NCBI GenBank assembly: GCA_028023455.1
Contig: JAQFVV010000003.1
Coordinates: 6,448,001 to 6,512,000, forward strand
Direction: 5' to 3'
DNA: 64,000 nt
From: Epiperipatus broadwayi
Taxonomy: Eukaryota; Animalia; Onychophora
Notes under the pieces: generated by a model
Seen by the model: the letters and a program-made list of their open reading frames with translations, nothing else
What the model was told of the DNA's origin: nothing
Database searches by the model: none
Program-made: the position numbers and the translations under genes
In this document: positions 40,901-53,790 of the stretch, piece after piece
Layout: each line of letters begins with the position of its first letter
Position numbering within the stretch: the first letter of the stretch is position 1

Positions 40901-42869
40901 CTCATCAAAGTTTATGATAGTAGTCTAAATAGAGGTCATGTTATAATATATATACACATGTAAGTGAACAACTAAAATAAGGATGAAAGAATCATTAAAA
41001 ATTCATCAGAAGAATTTTTTTTTTCCTTTCATTTCACCATTAAGACAGATTTTTAATAAAATAAATGTGGAAATATTTAACTTTTATAATTTAATGCTTT
41101 TTTAAAATCTCATTCACAAATTTTCATTAATACTTTTCTTCATTACAGAATCTAAAATTATCAAGAAGTTTCAATATAGAATGTGATTAAAGGAATATAA
41201 AATTCTAAAGACCAGAGGGATTTAAATGCTTAGAAAGTTCATAGCACTTAGATACAAATCACCCACACATTTGCATATTAGACTTCTCAACTTCCTTTTT
41301 TTAAACTAACAACTAAATCTTTATATTAAACATTAAATATGATAGATTAATTATATATGCATACACTCATAGAAGAAGGTAAAAACAGCCTCAAATAATC
41401 CACTAGGACAAAATGTTCCCCACATTACACAGAGACATTTTCACAAAGTTGTGAAAACATTGCAGTTATTATCCATACTGTATTAAATAATTAGATTCTC
41501 TATCAGCTATCAAATTTTTTTATGTTATTTAGAAAATTTAGCAGCTATGTAAAATTTCCATGTCTAATGCCAACTTGGAATACCTTAAACATGATAGCCT
41601 ATCATACTAATCATTTCTTAATTGTTGTAATATAAGAGAAACATGAACCTTTGTAGAGCATTTTCTATATAAGCTTATATATTTTTCAGGTCACTGAATC
41701 ATTTTTAACTAATACTGGTCAGGAAATGAGTACTCAATTTCCATTTCACTGTCTGCTCACTGACAATAGCCAACAGTTTGAAGCTGGTTTGGGAATAGGG
41801 ATATTCAGAAAATCTTAAAAGCTGTTAGCATGCTCGTTATATTACAGTTATTTTCCTTGAAGGATAGAGAGCCCCAAATAATATGAGCTATCAAATAAAT
41901 ATTCATGTATTAATACATCTACAAATTGATAAAACCTTATTATATATTGTTATAGGAAGCATTAGAGACATACAGTCCTGAGTGTGTGATTCACTTATAT
42001 CTTCACACACACATATGTCACTAATATATGAACACCAAACATATTTAAACAACACACTGTATTGCAGGCCTGGCCAAGATGGTGCCCATGGTCCACAGAT
42101 AGCCTGCAAGGACTCTGAAAATGCTGTTGTGAACACTCACAAATTATAGTGATAAATTCAGAGCTGACTTGAATATATAAAATAATAAAAAAAGTAAACA
42201 GGCTTGTATTTTCTAATTAGCGATTCTCAGCTTCAACTTATGATAATATAAAAACCATACAAACTACATGTGTGTACTTTGCATCATTCAATTCAGCATC
42301 TGTGTTCCTTCAGGTAATGTAAGTTTCATTTCTCTATGATAAAAAATAAACATTTTATGATGATTTTTCTAAATAGAACTTTTTTTTATTTTTTTGTTAT
42401 TCTTACAGTTTAATATTTACTGAGAAATTTATAGTGGAGAATAATGGTTAATTAACAGATTCAAGCACTATTCGTAATTTCTCATCATGGAGCTGACAAA
42501 CTAAGCTTTTCTCATAATTTTTGCTAATGATTTCTTAAAAGTAAAAGTAATTATAATGTCTAAAAAAAGAATGGCTTCTTATATCTTTGGTCATAAATAT
42601 AGAGATTATTTTTACTGCATGATCTTTTTTCTGATGAAATACACTTTTGATGACTGAACGTTATTACTAGATTTTCAATCACTCCTAAGCATTTTTTTAG
42701 TTATTATTTTATAGAAAAATAGTTGGAAAAATTCATTTATGATATTCCTTTTATGTTTTCTTGTCTAAATTTTAACAATAAAAAAAAGACAAATATTGAA
42801 AGTAAAAATTGCAATAAAATGTACCGAATTAGATATATACATGCTACCACAGTTATATATGTAAACATG

Positions 42870-45255
42870 ACTTGGGATTCTTCACCCTCTGACCATGGCA
42901 TTTTGGAATTAGATGTTCTGACTAAATTAACCTTGATGCCTGAAAAGATTCATCTGGGGCTCCATGCAATTCCCCATTTCTTACTGCTACACCTGTCTAA
43001 ATTCTCGGTTTTCATCATGTACAACTTAATTAACCACATTTCTTCCAGGATTCATGATATCAGTGGTCTTTATTCCATAGCAATGGTGTTATTTCTAAAG
43101 TGCAACATAATTCCTTCTCCACTAGAGAATCTGTGGCCCATCTCTATGACCCCACTGATGGTCAAGGTCATTGAATCTATTATCAAGGACAAAATTCAAA
43201 ACAAGATTGTTCCCCTTATTTCACAATATCAATTTGCAAAAAGGGGCAGCTCAAACACAAATGCTATCAATCTTTTTTAAAATCATTACTGACCACATTA
43301 GATTCTCCAGGCAATCTAGACCGGTGGTTGTGCAGTTCAACATTGCAGCTGCTTTTGATTCTATCCAACTCAATACCCTTTTAAACTTACTTGGTGAACA
43401 TGATATTTCTACTGGAATCATAAATATTATTAGAAACCTCTCTACAATTGTGAAGTGAGCATCTCACTGAATGGGAAGCTTTCTTGCCCATTCTATACCA
43501 TATCCTCCATTCCATAGGGGTCTTCTCAAATTGCCCTGTTTTTCATCACTTACCTCAACCCTCTGCTTCTTTAAATTGAGAGATATCTTCCTGGCATTCA
43601 TATCCCAATTTTAAATACATCAATTCATCACATCACCTATATTGATGACTTGGCCATTTTCCTTCTATCAAAAAAATTAATTCCCAGACTTTTATCAATA
43701 CTTAAAAAATTCTCTGATCAATCCAGCCTCCAATTTAATATGACCAAGCCATCTGCCTGGTATATATCTTCAGGTAAGATCATTCCAGGCCCATTTGTAG
43801 TGAAGCCTCAGAGCTTCTGGGGCTTCACTATATTTGAGTCTGCTTCTGCCATGAGGAGATCTATCCAAGGAAAGCAACCAATCCACCCAAAGAATCCTCC
43901 TTATCCAAAGTTTACATGCCCATGTTCACCAAGTCCTCCCTTATCAATATACTAATATTTCCTAGAGCATCCTATTTCACCTCAGTAGTCAATTTTACCA
44001 AAGTCTTCATCAGGAAGATACACAAGATGTGCACTGATCTGATTAGAGGGGGAAAAAGTTCAACCATAAGATTGAGAAATCTACAGAAACACACAAAACT
44101 CAATGGGTTATCCCTACATTCCATAGATACTTTTGTATTTCAACAATCCTACAATTCTTTCTACAGAATGTGACTGCAGTATCCAAATTACTCACCATCC
44201 AGGGAGGTCACTCCCACAGATAAGCCTCCCCCTATTAGAACTGATTGGCTGTCAACTCTCACATCTCTTATCTCCAAACACACTATGCTTCCTACCAAAT
44301 TGTCCTCAATGAAAATCCAGGTTCTGGGACACATACTAAATCATTAATCCTGATGTTTCTGCAGGAGCAACTTTCCTCAGGATTAACAACCATCTGCTAA
44401 TCAATAAATTTAAGCGATGGTTCCTTGAACCCAAATATTTTGATTTCCTGATGAAAATAAATATTAATGCATTGCCTACTAAACACTTTCTGATGCATCA
44501 CCAAGAATTCTCAAACACAGAGTCCACTTGCTCACTATGCCTCAGAGAGGATTAAACTTTCTCTTCACCTCCTATTCCACTATGTTTTCCTTCACCCCTA
44601 CAGTCCTTATGGCCTCCATGTTAAATAACAATATACCTGCTCTGTTGACTCTCATTGTCCAGGAGATATGATTAACAACATTCATACTGTTCTCGCTATG
44701 GTACACACAGTGCTGGCTCACCTTTAATCATATACTGGAGCATCTGCTTGAGCTATATATTAACAAAATGGAAAACAATTCAAAAAAAGGACCAGAATTT
44801 GGCCCTCTCTTACATCTATGATTCTACATGGAGGTTAATGATCTGGCTCTCAAAAGCTGATCCCTTTCACTCCCAAATAGAAAGCTCTTACCCTGGAGAG
44901 TGATTTGAGGCTGGATGGCCTGACTCACCTTGCTCTTCATGATTATTGCCCAGACCTGAGTTTTATGGAAGTAACCTCCAATAAGAAGGATCGATTTGGT
45001 CATACAAAGCATGGACAAAGGATTAGATCTATCACTGAACTGTATAAGACATGAAAGCATGGTCACCTTTCAACAAAGATACTATTCTGGGCTCGTTCCT
45101 TGCTGATATACTTCATATTAGTCCTTTTAGCCAGTGTCAAGCAAGATAACTTTCATCCCCCTGATTATCATGTAATATATTCTATGTTTAACTGTTATCA
45201 TGTGCTATAACCAAATTTCTGAATAAAACATTCTATATTTTATATAAAAAAAAAA
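42870..45255 (+). mobile_element. 5'-truncated L1/Tx1-like LINE ORF2 with poly(A) tail
   Basis: SDH endonuclease end (42888-42896), WPISMTPLMVKVIESI, QFNIAAAFDSI, YIDDL (43638-43652), KLNGLSL and a CSLC..HLLF zinc finger. AATAAA is at 45222 and A10 at 45246-45255. Frameshifted throughout. Confidence 0.85.
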
Positions 45256-45313
45256 CTTTAAAACTGTGTACCAGATACATAGAGAAGTGTAGTTGATAAA
45301 ACTATTATGGAAA

Positions 45314-46220
45314 TCAGATGTCACATAACCTAATTTAATGAGCTAGTATTTACAAATATTATATATAGAGGTCACAAAACAAGGTCTTAACAAGCTTTGT
45401 AGAATATCCCCAATCTCAGACCAGTTTCTGTTACTGGCATTCCCAGTGGTGTGCTAAGATGTTCAATCATTATATTAAAAATATCAGGACAAACCTGGCA
45501 CTTTATCTAATTAAATTTGGTCATGTGACATCTGACTTGATTTTTTGGGTAATTGTATTGTTTTGCTATGATAGCTTTGGTGATTTTATATTGCTAAAGC
45601 TTAGTTCAGTCCCATAAGGATATTTAAGTTAGATAGTTGATTTGGAGGACATATGGATGTCTGAAAATACACTAGATAAAATGCTGGGCTTGTTCTGAGT
45701 ATTTTTAATCTAATGATTGAATATCCTAGCACCACACTGAGAACTCCAGTACCAGAAATTGGTCTGAGGTTGGGGATATCTTACAATCTTGTTAAGACCT
45801 TGTTTTGCAAGCTCTATATATAACATTTGTAAATACATGTTTATTAAATTATGTCATGTGACATCTGAATGATTTTTTTTTTTTGTAATTTTATTTTTTG
45901 CTACGATGACTTTGGCAATTTTTTATTGTTAAAGCTATTAATATATGGTGTATTTGAACTTACTTCAGTCCTATATGGCTATTTAAGTTAGATAGTTGGA
46001 TTGGAAGACATATGAATGTGTGAAAATTTCAGATTTTCTATTTAATAGTTATACATTAGATAAAGTTCTGGGCTTGTTCTGGTATTTTTAATCTTATGAT
46101 TGAATATCCTAGCACCTCACTGAGAGCACCAGTAGCAAAAACTGGTCTGAGTTGGGGAATATTCTACAAAGCTTGTTAAGAGCTTGTTTTGTGAGCTCTA
46201 TATATAAATATTGTGTACTA
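45314..46220. mobile_element. Family C: one inverted partial unit plus two tandem 333-bp units
   Basis: TCATGTGACATCTGA occurs at 45521 and 45854. The segment 45314-45510 is the reverse complement of the unit end plus the next unit start. Confidence 0.92.
45721..45779 (+). ncRNA. Hammerhead-like fold (family C), non-canonical core
   Basis: ATATCCT AGCAC ACCA CTGAGAA CTC CAGTA CCA GAAA TTGG TC TGAGGT TG GGGATAT. Sister copies are at 46104-46163 (+) and 45404-45461 (-). Confidence 0.55.
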
Positions 46221-47349
46221 ATATCATAACCTGGAATTAATCACAATAATCAAGTTGTAAGATGAGCCTTAATTTATAAGCTTGTATAGTTGAGAACAGT
46301 TAGGTCTCTATGCAGTAAATTGGAATTCATTCAAGCAATTAATGTTAATAGTATTCAATAGTATCAATTATTTTAAACCTTTATACGACTGTATACTATA
46401 TCTGGCATAATTTAAAGTAAATTAATTTAATAAAATTGGGAAAGGCTGATTTATCTTAAATGAAACTATAAATCAAGTGACTACAGTTATGTCAGTATAT
46501 GTTTTGTGTTGCATATATATGAATAAGTAGTATTATCTCATTATTTTTGCCAATTTATAATCTTTATGAATTGCATTCAACAACTTAGGGTAAACAGTTA
46601 AGAATCTATTGTTTTCTCCCTGACCTTAGCAGGCTGCAAAGAGAAAAAATTAAGTATTTTGTGATACCAGAATGTGGAATGCACATGTGAATTGTCCTCA
46701 AGTGATTTGTATGTGGATTGTGCAATTCTGACAGTTACAATATAAATGTGATGAATTGCTAAAATCAAAAGTTCTCATTCATATTTGTTTTGTGTAAGCC
46801 TTTATATTAAGAATGGGTAAATTAGAATCTTTACATTATATAAATTAATTTAACAGGAGGCATATTAAGCTTAATCTAATAAAAATTTTCATAGCACAAC
46901 TAGGTTATCTCTGATTCAATTCTAATTATAAACTATTATATCTTTAATATGTTTAAATTCACTTTTATAATAACAAATATTAGGTAAAATATATTAAAGT
47001 GTACTCAGGTATAATAAGAGGTTCATAGAAACAAATGCTTATTGCACCACTAAACAATATGTTGTGTTTTTGCAAGAGCAGATGGAAATTGGTGATGCAA
47101 TCATCTGAATTCAATCAAATATCTTTTGTCTCATTATCAAAAAAGCTCTATTAATCTTACATCTAATATTACCAGAATTTAAAACTGTAAAAAAATAATA
47201 ACTAATGCATTGCATAGAAGAGATCCTTTAGAAATTTAGTTTTAAAAATCATGCTACGGGTAAAACTGAACCATCTCAAACTAAATAAAACATTATTACA
47301 TCACTCTTTACTAGATAATATTTATTTCTACAAATGGAGACGGTATTGA

Positions 47350-47728
47350 AATCAAACTGAGAGAATGCAATCTCTCAAGCATTTAGCCGATCAGATCGCA
47401 AATACTGGGACAGAGAATTTAATAGGAAAAGAGCGGTTCCACTCTCTTCCTTACTTGTCTGTCTATATATCCAAGCCAGTCCAAAGTACTTAGATCTGCA
47501 AGCGTGAATCTTAAATATCTTCACACTTAACTCACTGAGTTCTAATTATAAACATGAAGATATTTAAGATTCACACTTGCAGATCTAAGTACTTTGGACT
47601 GGCTTGGATATATAGACATACAAGTAAAAAAGAGAGTGGAACCGCTCTTTTCTTGTTAAATTCTCTGTCCCAGTATTTGTGATCTGATCGGCTAAATGCT
47701 TGAGAGATTGCACTCTCTCAGTTTGATT
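47350..47728. repeat. Young 379-bp fold-back, arms about 174 bp, 31-nt loop
   Basis: The arms match at roughly 90-95% by eye, with several CpG/TpG differences. The loop is 47524-47554. Confidence 0.97.
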
Positions 47729-48210
47729 CCTTTACTAGATGTAAATGGTATTAACATACTTTTGCCGTAAATAATCTCAGTCCAAAGATATAAAATTAAG
47801 AAATACCTCAACAAATAATATCAGATTTAAAAATGCCTGATTAAACATAAAGTTATAATTTTATTACTAAATCAGTATTAAAATTTACTTAGTCAGAAAT
47901 GAATGGAATATTTGCTCAGAAATTTATACGAAGTTTGAGCACCAGAAGAGATACACATCACCCTGTCATTGCCCTAAACAATGCAGAGAAATATTAATAT
48001 TGAAAGCAGGTAAAAATAAAAGCCTGCAAATTAGTTTGAATAAATATGCATGTGTTTTTTGGAAATAAAAAACATTTACAAATACTGGAAATACTGTATT
48101 TTTTTAGATCATAATTAATTTAGTATTAAAATATTGTGCTCTATCATCCCTGTCATATGCTATTATATTATTTTTTTAAATTTTTCATATTTGAGAGACA
48201 AGAATATAAA

Positions 48211-48412
48211 GTCTTGGTGGTCGAGAGGTCAGTGACAGCAACTTTACAAGCAGTTGTTCTGGGTTAGTGGGTTCGCTTCCCAGCTGATGCTGTGACACAT
48301 GAGAAAAATATATATATATAAAGTTGGTTGATATCATGAGAAGCCTCATGTGGTTCAGTGCAATGGTAGAACGGCAGATTTAGAACTGCAAGATCATTGG
48401 TTTGTAACCCAA
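48211..48412 (+). mobile_element. Two tRNA-derived SINE heads or tRNA pseudogenes in tandem
   Basis: Head 1 has A-box-like TGGTCGAGAGG and B-box-like GGTTCGCTTCC (48270-48280). Head 2 (48351-48412) has AATGGTAGAAC, a GCAG/CTGC anticodon-like stem and GGTTTGTAACCC. Confidence 0.5.
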
Positions 48413-49150
48413 ATTTATTATTTCTAATACTCAAACTTCTTATGAGGTCTGAACCAATAATATATCATGAGATCAGTTTTCACTTGTTTATTATAATATT
48501 ATTAAAAAGCTTTAAAATTTAAGCAAAGCTTATAATGTGAGTCTAAATATGAAATAGGTTAAAATAAATTGCATTAAGAGATTAGCATGCAATGGCAAAC
48601 TACCACTGATGATGATGAAGCATTAACCCTTGGTTGTAGTACCTTGTTGCCTAGTTAAATTACCTGTCTTTATGCAGACAACTTAATATAATTCCAATTC
48701 ACAAGTTGATCATAAAAAGAATTTGCTAAATCAGAAATTAATCACAGCTGCCTAGATTAAACAAAACTGTATAAATACTTATTATATTTGTACAATGCCT
48801 GATAATAAAAAAAAGTTAATAAGCTGAATGCAATTAATAATATTTAACTGTTATCAACATAATAGCGATTAATGATATTTAGCCATTATCAGCACCAAAG
48901 CAATTAATAATGCTTAATCTCCAATCTGCTAACACAAATCAAAAGCAGTAGCTTGAAAGTTAACTAAATACATTTAAACCCTTAAATGCTGGAAAATAAA
49001 GAAAATATTTTTTTTTTAAATTTAGCTAATTGAATCAGTAATAAATTATCTGTTCACTAGTAACAAATCTTATTTAACACTTAATCAGACACACATCATT
49101 AATAGTAATGAATTTTAATCTTTGTAAAAGCAAAATATATATATATATTT

Positions 49151-49457
49151 TACATTCAACCTTTCAAGCTAATTGTGCATACGCTTTTGCGAGTGTTAAT
49201 AATAATAAATGAATACTTTCTCTCCAATACAAGATATAGTATTTATGCAGGAATAAAATGAATCACTTATTCCTACGACTCACTCAAATGCTTATATATG
49301 AGCATAAATACTATATCTTGTATTGGAGAGAAAGTATTCATTTATTATGATTAACACTCGCAAAAGCATATGCACAATTAGATTGAAAGGCTGATATTTG
49401 AATGTAATACAATTGTAATTAGATTGAAAGGCTGATATTTGAATGTAATACAATTGT
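49151..49457. repeat. Hairpin with arms of about 95 bp, followed by a perfect 41-bp tandem duplication
   Basis: The arms are 49151-49248 and 49302-49407. AATTAGATTGAAAGGCTGATATTTGAATGTAATACAATTGT occurs at 49376-49416 and 49417-49457. Confidence 0.93.
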
Positions 49458-51054
49458 AAACATACGCTATATAAAATAAATGCTTAATTAAAATTTCCTC
49501 TCCACATACAAAAATCTATTAAACTTTGCATTATTTTTTAGACTCATCTTTTTGAAGTTTCTTTCAGATTTTGTCTGTTTCATTTGAGAGAGAATGAATT
49601 TTCGTCGTTGATCATTGATACACACTGTTTCTCTTTTTATCCTTGAGTCTTAAACAATTTGGTCTAGGAACAAAACTAGAAGCCCATAAAGCCTCCTAGA
49701 TCAGTCCCCAGATAAAACAAAAAGTCTAAATTTAAATAAAGCTGTTGTCGTCAGCCAATCATTTTCATACTTAAATATCACATGATCTTCCAAAAACTTA
49801 CAATTTGATAACTAAATAAATTATTAAACTTAAAACATAAACATTGCTTGAAGCAGCAACATAGTAATAATAATTATAATATGATTGCTTGCTTGGGAAT
49901 CACGTGACATTTGAGCATCCAAAATAAATCTGAAATTCAATTTTGTTTAATTGCATAAATTGGGGTTTTAACTTTATTCGGTTGAAAATTTATTCAGATA
50001 TCTTAAGCTTTGGAGTGTGTCACTCTAATAAACTGCACAGTGCAAGATATATATAGTGACAGTGAAAGACAAATGTAGCACAAGCAGTATGAAAGGTGTC
50101 ATCATATTAAGACTATAACCCACTTTCTGTTAAATAAAAATTATTATCAGATATTCATTTATTTGCATTATGACTCTGATGAAAAAATCTCAACATGATA
50201 ATTTTAAATAGTCTTCAATGATACAATAAAGATATAAAAAAAAGAACAGTTTGCACTTTTGCTGTGAATTGCAGATTGCTACTTGTTTTTCAACAGAGCT
50301 TGTTCTGTATAGCATTTCAACAATTTTCTCACATATCTTAAAACAAAATCATCTTGTTTTATTTTTTTTTTGCTTTCTGATGAGTGAACACATTTTTTAT
50401 TTATTTTCTGTGACTCAAAATTCTTAATATCTTAATATTATATAATACTTTTATAAATTTCGCCAGGTTTAAAATTTCTGCTTCCCAAAGTCTAATAAAT
50501 GTAAGAGAGGAGTTTCTATGATGAAGCCTACAGCTGGAAACCTATGTCCACTCTACAGATTATGAAAAGCTTTAGGAGTTTTCAAAAAAATTTCTATTTA
50601 ATAAAAAAAAAAACAAATTGGCAGATTTTAAACTTATATAAGTGATCTACTTTATACATAATTTTTTGCTTGATTTGAGTTTTATATGTTTCATTTTTCT
50701 TCCATGTAATATGTCGATCAGAATATAAACATTTTTTTAAGAAATGAAGATAATATTATTACATATCACAAGAGAAGTTCATACAGTATGAGACAAACAA
50801 GAATAGAAGGAAATATTTTTTTTTTTTTTGTATTTTGTATACATGTTAAAAATTGTCTAAATTAGCTTCAGATTATGAATGCAGAAAACTTTCATAAATT
50901 GGTATGGGAAGTTTTACATTAGGATCTTCAATTCAGCATTTAAATATATATTTATAGCTTTTTATATGAATATTGCATCACCAATATTTGGCAGATTAAT
51001 TATAATAGTATATACTTCATAAATTTATAAATGAAGATTTTACTAATAAAGCTT

Positions 51055-51692
51055 AATGTAATTAGAAGGGACTTGGAACTTTCAAACTCCCTACAGCGAT
51101 GCACTCCATCTTATACAACCAATACATATAAACACATGCATGTGAAAAAGATAAATGATCTCCAATACACATATTTTGTGCTGAATCAGCACTCATCAAT
51201 TGTTCCAGATCATGATCTCCCACACATATGAACAATCAGTGCTCAGTTTATATTAAGGTAGCACATCTTCAAACTTTAATGGACAAGCTTCAATCTTCTC
51301 CACCCTCCAACTCCAGCTATCTATATCATTGAAAATCCAATGACAGAACACTCAAAACCCTAATTGATGTCAATATTATTGTCATATCCATGTTTCATCA
51401 TCAGATTTTCAATAATATGGATGGCTGAATAGTTGGAGGGTTAAGAAGATTGAAACTTGTCCATTAAAGTTTGAAGATTTGCTATCTTAATATAAACTGA
51501 GCACTGATTGTATATATGTGAGATAGATGATGGTCTGAACCAACTGATGAATGCTGATTCAGCACAAAATACACCTTTTGAGATAATTTATCTTTTTCAC
51601 ATATATATGGTCATGTATATAAGTTGTACAAGATGGAATGCATAGTTGTAGGAAGCCTGAAAGTCTGAGTTCAAGTCCCTTCTAATTACATT
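51055..51692. mobile_element. Family A fold-back, two divergent copies of about 285 bp, each with a decayed hammerhead
   Basis: The ends AATGTAATTAGAAGGGACTTG and CAAGTCCCTTCTAATTACATT are complementary. Hammerheads lie at 51155-51213 (-; TTGATGA..AAAA) and about 51530-51587 (+; CTGATGA..AAAA). Confidence 0.9.
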
Positions 51693-53739
51693 GTTTAGTA
51701 TAGACAATATATAGTTATATTTGAACATTAATAAAGTTTAAGATATTCACAAATGTCTGCACAATAAAAGACAAATGCTTTATAAAAATAAAAAATAAAG
51801 CAATATTAAATAATTTTTCTTTATTAAAAAAACAAACAAACATATATTTGTAGCTTTGAAAAATCATGTGACGTTCACACTGGATATGGCAGCTCTAGTT
51901 TCGATCCGGGAATCTTTGGTTCTCAATTCATTATTTCACAAATATGCATATTATCAAAATAAAGTTAAATAACATTTTTATTTATAAATAAATATTATAC
52001 CAACGTTTAATTACTAACTTTTGCTTTACTGATTTTTTTTTCTTAAAAAAAAAAAACGGAATCATTAGTTTACCAGCGTTAATAACTTCTTGATCCATCC
52101 GATATTTTTAAATGATTGCTTTTGTTAAAGGGAAAAAAGGTGAATTACTAGTCTAGCCAATATAAATGTCACTTATCTTTTTGATTAATTAAGTTTATAA
52201 TTTAATAAAAATCAAAAAATAAAGAAATTAAATAATATATCATTACAATAAAAATATTATGTTTCAGCAATAAGATTTATAAAAAATAATTTCAATTTCT
52301 TTATTAAAATATTAGTAAGTAAACTATTTTTAAAATATCAAATAAGTGAAATAGTTATTTTTTACTAAATTGTTTATATACACCACGTAAATGACAATAA
52401 TCTTTAAAACAACAACAATTCTCTCTTTATTGTAGCGCTACCTACTGTAAACTTGAATAAACAAAGGTCATCAAATGTAGCTGATAATTCAATTTAATAT
52501 CCTATTGATAGACGCAATAGATTTTGCCTTTATCATTGAGCACTCGGATTTCAAAACTTGAATCAATAGAATCATCCATAGGCAGCCACCTTTAATTTCT
52601 CTTTTATAATTGAGGCAAAAGTTAAAAACTATCTGGTGATGTGATTAATTGCATTATCATCTAATAATCATAGTTTGCCAAAGCTTACAACAGATAGAGC
52701 TAGAATAAAGATAAAACTGTTATTGTTATAAGATGAACCATTCTATTTCCTGATATAAAAAAATAAGATAAAAAGCAAAAACTAAAAATGAGTCAATTGA
52801 AATCTGTGTTGAACCACAATATCTGAAACTACCTTTCTATCTAAAAAATTACCAAGATCTTTAAATTGTTCCTTATTCTCAAACTGACGACAATCCAAAC
52901 TAAAAGTTGCTGAAGATTTTTTTTTATAGTTTTTCAAAAAATCTATAAAAAAAAAAAACATTAAGAATGATATCCAGATAATACTTTGAATTGGGAAAAA
53001 TAATACAATTATTTCAGCATACTGTAAATCCTAAAAGTCACAAGAAATTATTTTTGTTGCTGATTTTAGTCTCAGAATTTAAAAAAACGCATCATCAAAT
53101 CAATATTGCGTTGTATTAAAGATCATCATAAAAATAAAAAATAATGTTGAACATAGTACACATTGATGTTTGAAATTAGTTTTCCATCTTTCTATATATC
53201 CTTAAAATATTTCCATCATTTTGAAACTAGCATAACACAATATATTCTAAAACTTCCCAGGCATCCAATAAGGACCAAAAAAAAATACTTTTTATAATTA
53301 CAAATAGCTGGATTATATATCAAGGCATCTCTGTCCAAATATATATATATATATAATTTAGCATAATGGATATGTATCATTAAAAGCAATTATAGGTTGT
53401 GTAAACTTTGCTCACTATGAATTCTTCAATATCTGAATGTTAAACAGAGTTTTGAAGTTATCAAAGTTTAAGATCAATATAGCTATTCTTATTGAAATTC
53501 AAAGAAAAACAGATTGTTATTAATGTTGTTGCTGCTGCTGCTGTTATTGTTACTATTATTATTACTATTATGATTATTATTATTGGTGGACAGATCATAA
53601 ACAAATATTCTTTAATATTCCTACAACATGTTTGGTTCTGTGAGAGTAAGCCATGTATTTTTTAGAAACAAATGTTACTGATGTTAAATTTCAATAGCAA
53701 TTAAAACTCTTTAAGTTTCTAATTAAAATTTTCAAGTAG

Positions 53740-53790
53740 ATAATGTTTACACAAACATGAATTCTCCTAAGGAATGTGTTGGAAATGCAG
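53740..53790 (+). CDS. Candidate 51-nt symmetric exon (xNVYTNMNSPKECVGNA)
   Basis: AG acceptor, GCAG/GTAAAT donor and an open phase-1 frame. No homology was recognised. Confidence 0.25.
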
